The notes under the pieces: model-generated
Told to the model about the DNA's origin: nothing
What the model saw: only the letters and a program-made list of their open reading frames with translations
Database searches by the model: none
Shown here: positions 57,101 to 64,000 of the stretch, one piece after another
Layout of the letters: every line of letters begins with the position of its first letter
How positions within the stretch are numbered: the stretch's first letter is position 1
Program-made: the position numbers and the translations under genes
Source: Eledone cirrhosa
Lineage: Eukaryota
Reading direction: 5' to 3'
Assembly: GCA_964016885.1 (NCBI GenBank)
Contig: OZ024748.1
Span: 46,252,001 to 46,316,000 of the forward strand
DNA: 64,000 nt

Positions 57101-60100
57101 GTAGTGTAGTGGTTGTTGTTGGTAGTGTAGTGGTTGTTGTTGGTAGTGTAGTGGTGGTTGTTGGTAGTGTAGTGGTTGTTGTTGGTAGCGTAGTGGTTGT
57201 AGTTGGTAGTGTCGTGGTGGTTGTTGGTAGGGTAGTGGTTGTTGTTGGTAGTGTAGTGGTTGTAGTTGGTAGAGTCGTGGTGGTTGTTGGTAGTGTAGTG
57301 GTTGTTGTTGGTAGTGTAGAGGATGTTGTTGGTAGTGTAGTGGTTTTTGTTGGTAGTGTAGTGGTTGTAGTCGGTAGTGTCGTGGTGGTTGTTGGTAGTG
57401 TAGTGGTTGTTGTTGGTAGTGTAGTGGTTGTTGTTGGTAGTGTAGTGGTTGTAGTTGGTAGTGTCGTGGTGGTTGTTGGTAGGGTAGTGGTTGTTGTTGG
57501 TAGTGTAGTGGTTGTAGTTGGTAGAGTCGTGGTGGTTGTTGGTAGTGTAGTGGTTGTTGTTGGTAGTGTAGAGGATGTTGTTGGTAGTGTAGTGGTTTTT
57601 GTTGGTAGTGTAGTGGTTGTAGTCGGTAGTGTCGTGGTGGTTGTTGGTAGTGTAGTGGTTGTTGTTGGTAGTGTAGTGGTTGTTGTTGGTAGTGTAGTGG
57701 TTGTAGTTGGTAGTGTCGTGGTGGTTGTTGGTAGTGTAGTGGTGGTTGTTGGTAGTGTAGTGGTTGTTGTTGGTAGTGTAGTGGTGGTTGTTGGTAGTGT
57801 AGTGGTTGTTGTTGGTAGTGTAGTGGTGGTTGTTGGTAGTGTAGTGGTTGTTGTTGGTAGTGTAGTGGTTGTTGTTGGTAGTATAGTGGTTGTTTTTGGC
57901 AGTGTAGTGGTTGTTGTTGGTAGTGTAGTGGTTGTTGTTGGTAGTGTAGTGGTTGTTGTTGGTAGTGTAGTGGTTGTTGTTGGTATTGTAGTGGTTGTTG
58001 TTGGTAGTGTAGTGGTGGTTGTTGGTAGTGTAGTGGTTGTTGTTGGTAGTGTAGTGGTTGTTGTTGGTAGTGTAGTGGTTGTTGTTGGTATTGTAGTGGT
58101 TGTTGTTGGTAGTGTAGTGGTTGTTGTTGGTATTGTAGTGGTTGTTGTTGGTAGTGTCGTGGTGGTTGTTGGTAGTGTAGTGGTTGTTGTTGGTAGTGTA
58201 GTGGTGGTTGTTGGTAGTGTAGTGGTTGTTGTTGGTAGTGTAGTGGTGGTTGTTGGTAGTGTAGTGGTTGTTGTTGGTAGTGTAGTGGTGGTTGTTGGTA
58301 GTGTAGTGGTTGTTGTTGGTAGTGTAGTGGTTGTTGTTGGTAGTGTAGTGGTTGTTGTTGGTAGTGTAGTGGTTGTTGTTGGTAGTGTAGTGGTTGTTGT
58401 TGGTATTGTAGTGGTTGTTGTTGGTAGTGTAGTGGTGGTTGTTGGTAGTGTAGTGGTTGTTGTTGGTAGTGTAGTGGTTGTTGTTGGTAGTGTAGTGGTT
58501 GTTGTTGGTATTGTAGTGGTTGTTGTTGGTAGTGTAGTGGTGGTTGTTGGTAGTGTAGTGGTTGTTGTTGGTAGTGTAGTGGTGGTTGTTGGTAGTGTAG
58601 TGGTGGTTGTTGGTAGTGTAGTGGTGGTTGTTGGTAGTGTAGTGGTTGTTGTTGGTAGTGTAGTGGATGTTGTTGTTGGTAGTGTAGTGGTTGTTGTTGG
58701 TAGTGTAGTGGTTGTTGTTGGTATTGTAGTGGTTGTTGTTGGTAGTGTAGTGGTTGTTGTTGGTAGTGTAGTGGTGGTTGTTGGTAGTGTAGTGGTTGTT
58801 GTTGGTAGTGTAGTGGTGGTTGTTGGTAGTGTAGTGGTTGTTGTTGGTAGTGTAGTGGATGTTGTTGTTGTTGGTAGTGTAGTGGTTGTTGTTGGTAGCG
58901 TAGTGGTTGTTGTTGGTATTGTAGTGGTTGTTGTTGGTAGTGTAGTGGTTGTTGTTGGTAGTGTAGTGGTGGTTGTTGGTAGTGTAGTGCTTGTTGTTGG
59001 TAGTGTAGTGGTGGTTGTTGGTAGTGTAGTGGTTGCTGTTGGTATTGTAGTGGTGGTTGTTGGTAGTGTAGTGGTTGTTGGTAGTGTAGTGGTTGTTGTT
59101 GCTAGTGTAGTGTTTGTTGTTGGTAGTGTAGTGGTTGTTGTTGGTAGTGTAGTGGTTGTAGTTTGTAGTGTAGTGGTTGTTGTTGGTAGTGTAGTGGTTG
59201 TTGTTGGTAGTGTAGTGGTGGTTGTTGGTAGTGTAGTGGTTGTTGTTGGTAGCGTAGTGGTTGTAGTTGGTAGTGTCGTGGTGGTTGTTGGTAGGGTAGT
59301 GGTTGTTGTTGGTAGTGTAGTGGTTGTAGTTGGTAGAGTCGTGGTGGTTGTTGGTAGTGTAGTGGTTGTTGTTGGTAGTGTAGAGGATGTTGTTGGTAGT
59401 GTAGTGGTTTTTGTTGGTAGTGTAGTGGTTGTAGTCGGTAGTGTCGTGGTGGTTGTTGGTAGTGTAGTGGTTGTTGTTGGTAGTGTAGTGGTTGTTGTTG
59501 GTAGTGTAGTGGTTGTAGTTGGTAGTGTCGTGGTGGTTGTTGGTAGGGTAGTGGTTGTTGTTGGTAGTGTAGTGGTTGTAGTTGGTAGAGTCGTGGTGGT
59601 TGTTGGTAGTGTAGTGGTTGTTGTTGGTAGTGTAGAGGATGTTGTTGGTAGTGTAGTGGTTTTTGTTGGTAGTGTAGTGGTTGTAGTCGGTAGTGTCGTG
59701 GTGGTTGTTGGTAGTGTAGTGGTTGTTGTTGGTAGTGTAGTGGTTGTTGTTGGTAGTGTAGTGGTGGTTGTTGGTAGTGTAGTGGTTGTTGTTGGTAATG
59801 TAGTGGTGGTTGTTGGTAGTGTAGTGGTTGTTGTTGGTAGTGTAGTGGATGTTGTTGTTGGTAGTGTAGTGGTTGTAGTTGGTAGTGTAGTGGTTGTTGT
59901 TGGTAGTGAAGTGATGGTTGTTGGTAGTGTAGTGGTTGTTGTTGGTAGTGTAGAGGTTGTTGTTGGTAGTGTAATGGTTGTTGTTGGTAGTGTAGTGGTT
60001 GTTGTTGGTAGTGTAGTGCTGTTTGTTGGTAGTGCAGTTGTGGTTGTTGGTAGTGTAGTGGTTGTTGTTGGTAATGTAGTGGTTGTTGTTGGTAGTGTAG

Positions 60101-63100
60101 TTGTTGTTGTTGGTAGTGTAGTGGTTATAGTTGGTAGTGTAGTGGTTGTTGTTGGTAGTGTAGTGGTTGTTGTTGGTAGTGTAGTGGTTGTTGCTGGTAG
60201 TGTAGTGGTTGTTGTTAGTAATGTAGTGGTTGTAGTTGGTAGTGTAGTGGTTGTTGTTGGTAGTGTAGTGGTGGTTGTTGGTAGTGTAGTGGTTGTTGTT
60301 GGTCGTGTAGTGGAGGTTGTTGGTAGTGTAGGTGTTGTTGTTGGTAGTGTAGTGGTTGTTGTTGGTAGTGTAGTGGTTGTAGTTGGTAGTGTAGTGGTTG
60401 TTGTTGGTAGTGTAGTAGTTGTAGTTGGTAGTGTAGTGGTTGTTGTTGTTCGTGTAGTGGTTGTTGTTGGTAGTGTAGTGGTTGTTGTTGGTAGTGTAGT
60501 GGTGGTTGTTGGTAGTGTAGTGGTTGTTGTTGGTCGTGTAGTGGTGGTTGTTGGTAGTGTAGGTGTTGTTGTTGGTAGTGTAGTGGTTGTTGTTGGTAGT
60601 GTAGGTGTTGTTGTTGGTAGTGTAGTGGTTGTAGTTGGTAGTGTAGTGGTTGTTGTTGGTAGTGTAGTGGTGGTTGTTGGTAGTGTAGTGGTTGTTGTTG
60701 GTAGTGTAGTGGTGGTTGTTGGTAGTGTAGTGGTTGTTGTTGGTAGTGTAGTTGTGGTTGTTGGTAGTGTAGTGGTGGTTGTTGGTAGTGTAGTGGTGGT
60801 TGTTGTTAGTGTAGTGGTAGTTGTTGGTAGTGTAGTGGTTGTTATTGGTTGTGCAGTTGTGGTTGTTGGTAATGTAGTGGTGGTGGTTGGTAGTGTAGTG
60901 GTGGTTGTTGGTAGAGTAGTGGTTGTTGTTGGTAGTGTAGTGGTTGTAGTTGGTAGTGTAGTGGTTGTTGTTGGTAGTGTAGTGGTGGTTGTTGGTAGTG
61001 TAGTGCTTGTAGTTGGTAGTGTAGTGGTTGTTGTTGGTAGTGTAGTGGTGGTTGTTGGTAGTGTAGTGGTTGCTGTTGGTAGTGTAGAGGTTGTTGTTGG
61101 TAGTGTAGTGGTTGTTGTTGGTAGTGTAGTGGTTGTTGTTGGTAGTGTAGTGCTGTTTGTTGGTAGTGCAGTTGTGGTTGTTGGTAGTGTAGTGGTTGTA
61201 GTTGGTAGTGTAGTGGTTGTTGTTGGTAGTGTAGTGGTTGTTGTTGGTAGTGTAGTGGTGGTTGTTGGTAGTGTAGTGGTTGTTGTTGGTAGTGTAGTGG
61301 ATGTTGTTGTTGGTAGTGTAGTGGTGGTTGTTGGTAGTGTAGTGGTTGTTGTTGGTAGTGTAGTGGTTGTTGTTGGTAGTGTAGTGGTTGTAGTTGGTAG
61401 TGTAGTGGTTGTTGTTGGTAGTGTATTTGTGGTTGTTGGTAGTGTAGTGGTTGTTGTTGGTAGTGTAGTGGTGGTTGTTGGTAGTGTAGTGGTGGTTGTT
61501 GGTAGTGTAGTGCTGGTTGTTGGTAGTGTAGTGGTTGTTGTTGGTAGTGTAGTCGTGGTTGTTGGTAGTGTAGTGGTTGTTGTTGGTAGTGTAGTGGTTG
61601 TTGTTGGTAGTGTAGTGGTTGTTGTTGGTAGTGTAGTGGTTGTAGTTGGTAGTGTAGTGGTTGTTGTTGGTAGTGTAGTGGTGGTTGTTGGTAGTGTAGT
61701 GGTTGTTGTTGGTCGTGTAGTGGTGGTTGTTGGTAGTGTAGGTGTTTTTGTTGGTAGTGTAGTGGTTGTTGTTGGTAGTGTAGTGGTTGTTGTTGGTAGT
61801 GTAGTGGTTGTAGTTGGTAGTGTCGTGGTGGTTGTTGGTAGTGTAGTGGTTGTTGTTGGTAGTGTAGTGGTTGTTGTTGGTAGTGTAGTGGTTGTTGTTG
61901 GTAGTGTAGTGGTTGTTGTTGGTAGTGTAGTGGTTGTTGTTGGTAGTGTAGTGGTGGTTGTTGGTAGTGTAGTGGTTGTTGTTGGTAGTGTAGTTGTGGT
62001 TGTTGGTAGTGTAGTGGTTGTTGTTGGTAGTGTAGTGGTGGTTGTTGGTAGTGTAGTTGTTGTTGCTGGTAGTGTAGTGGTTGTTGTTAGTAATGTAGTG
62101 GTTGTAGTTGGTAGTGTAGTGGTTGTTGTTGGTAGTGTAGTGGTGGTTGTTGGTAGTGTAGTGGTTGTTGTTGGTCGTGTAGTGGTGGTTGTTGGTAGTG
62201 TAGGTGTTGTTGTTGGTAGTGTAGTGGTTGTTGTTGGTAGTGTAGTGGTTGTAGTTGGTAGTGTAGTGGTTGTTGTTGGTAGTGTAGTAGTTGTAGTTGG
62301 TAGTGTAGTGGTTGTTGTTGTTCGTGTAGTGGTTGTTGTTGGTAGTGTAGTGGTTGTTGTTGGTAGTGTAGTGGTGGTTGTTGGTAGTGTAGTGGTTGTT
62401 GTTGGTCGTGTAGTGGTGGTTGTTGGTAGTGTAGGTGTTGTTGTTGGTAGTGTAGTGGTTGTTGTTGGTAGTGTAGGTGTTGTTGTTGGTAGTGTAGTGG
62501 TTGTAGTTGGTAGTGTAGTGGTTGTTGTTGGTAGTGTAGTGGTGGTTGTTGGTAGTGTAGTGGTTGGTGTTGTTGGTAGTGTAGTGGTTGTTGTTGGTAG
62601 TTTAGTGGTGGTTGTTGGTAGTGTAGTGGTTGTTGTTGGTAGTGTAGTGGTTGTTGTTGGTAGTGTAGTGGTGGTTGTTGGTAGTGTAGTGGTTGTTGTT
62701 GGTAATGTAGTGGTGGTTGTTGGTAGTGTAGTGGTTGTTGTTGGTAGTGTAGTGGATGTTGTTGTTGGTAGTGTAGTGGTTGTAATTGGTAGTGTAGTGG
62801 TTGTTGTTGGTAGTGAAGTGATGGTTGTTGGTAGTGTAGTGGTTGTTGTTGGTAGTGTAGAGGTTGTTGTTGGTAGTGTAATGGTTGTTGTTGGTAGTGT
62901 AGTGGTTGTTGTTGGTAGTGTAGTGCTGTTTGTTGGTAGTGCAGTTGTGGTTGTTGGTAGTGTAGTGGTTGTAGTTGGTAGTGTAGTAGTTGTAGTTGGT
63001 AGTGTAGTGGTTGTTGTTGGTAGTGTAGTGGTGGTTGTTGGTAGTGTAGTGGTTGTTGTTGGAAGTGTAGTGGTGGTTGTTGGTAGTGTAGTGGTTGTTG

Positions 63101-64000
63101 TTGGTAGTGTAGTGGTTGTTGTTGGTAGTGTAGTGGTTGTTGTTGGTAGTGTAGTGGTTGTAGTTGGTAGTGTAGTGGTTGTTGTTGGTAGTGTAGTGGT
63201 GGTAGTTGGTAGTGTAGTGGTTGTTGTTGGTAGTGTAGTGGTTGTTGTTGGTAGTGTAGTGGTGGTTGTTGGTAGTGTAGTGGTTGTTGTTGGTAGTGTA
63301 GTTGTGGTTGTTGGTAGTGTAGTGGTTGTTGTTGGTAGTGTAGTGGTTGTTGCTGGTAGTGTAGTGGTTGTTGTTAGTAATGTAGTGGTTTTAGTTGGTA
63401 GTGTAGTGGTTGTTGTTGGTAGTGTAGTGGTGGTTGTTGGTAGTGTAGTGGTTGTTGTTGGTCGTGTAGTGGTGGTTGTTGGTAGTGTAGGTGTTGTTGT
63501 TGGTAGTGTAGTGGTTGTTGTTGGTAGTGTAGTGGTTGTAGTTGGTAGTGTAGTGGTTGTTGTTGGTAGTGTAGTAGTTGTAGTTGGTAGTGTAGTGGTT
63601 GTTGTTGTTCGTGTAGTGGTTGTTGTTGGTAGTGTAGTGGTTGTTGTTGGTAGTGTAGTGGTGGTTGTTGGTAGTGTAGTGGTTGTTGTTGGTCGTGTAG
63701 TGGTGGTTGTTGGTAGTGTAGGTGTTGTTGTTGGTAGTGTAGTGGTTGTTGTTGGTAGTGTAGGTGTTGTTGTTGGTAGTGTAGTGGTTGTAGTTGGTAG
63801 TGTAGTGGTTGTTGTTGGTAGTGTAGTGGTGGTTGTTGGTAGTGTAGTGGTTGTTGTTGGTAGTGTAGTGGTGGTTGTTGGTAGTGTAGTAGTTGTTGTT
63901 GGTAGTGTAGTTGTGGTTGTTGGTAGTGTAGTGGTGGTTGTTGGTAGTGTAGTGGTGGTTGTTGTTAGTGTAGTGGTAGTTGTTGGTAGTGTAGTGGTTG
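46179..64000 (-). CDS. Giant mucin-like gene, Thr/Pro tandem-repeat coding region, 5' part (partial; starts beyond window end): (LPTTTTT)n, unique spacer, (LPTNTTQPTTTTT)-rich block
   Basis: Track ORF 45894..54116(-) is Thr/Pro-rich and reads through a ~350-aa non-repetitive spacer (~51190-52245). The same frame appears to stay open from 54116 to the window edge (no in-frame stop seen by eye), so the Met at 54116 is internal. The antisense Val frame stops inside the spacer (51552) whereas this frame does not. Confidence 0.9.
52245..64000 (-). repeat. Coding minisatellite, 21-bp unit (plus GGTAGTGTAGTGGTTGTTGTT) encoding LPTTTTT, about 560 units
   Basis: 21-bp periodicity directly visible; copy number estimated as length/21. 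Confidence 0.95.

Noticed and set aside
5460-64000. GT-rich array as telomeric or non-coding satellite DNA
   Set aside because: No TTAGGG-type unit; unit length changes are in triplets; there is an in-frame unique spacer and an in-phase splice to a conserved domain

Overview
AT-rich eukaryotic genomic DNA, probably cephalopod (Octopus-like SINE and (TA)n microsatellites; an inference). The window is dominated by one minus-strand, intron-containing gene for a giant mucin-like glycoprotein. A Thr/Pro-rich tandem-repeat reading frame runs from beyond position 64000 down to a canonical GTAAGT splice donor (exon end 5389). That is at least 58.4 kb of sequenced coding DNA (~19,500 codons), broken only by a 200-N assembly gap at 45979-46178. 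It splices in phase to two small exons (4514-4656, 2446-2763) encoding the N-terminal part of a NIDO-type domain (LLPYG...GDD...FP...IHTDG...IAPFWAD...F.ATWALVATW), giving a MUC4-like PTS-repeat + NIDO architecture. The repeat region is modular, N to C: (LPTTTTT)n, a ~350-aa unique spacer, an N-glycosylation-sequon-rich (LPTNTTQPTTTTT) block, the gap, a ~34-kb acidic (TTTEPTLP)n block, and a second (LPTTTTT)n block, with kb-scale higher-order duplications. The 13,647-aa poly-Val plus-strand ORF and the Leu/Val ORFs in the track are antisense shadows. The introns (1-5388) hold a Harbinger-like MITE, a TTAA-flanked piggyBac-like element carrying a 73-bp minisatellite, a tRNA-derived SINE, a 163-bp direct repeat, a hairpin with degenerate hammerhead-like motifs, and microsatellites.
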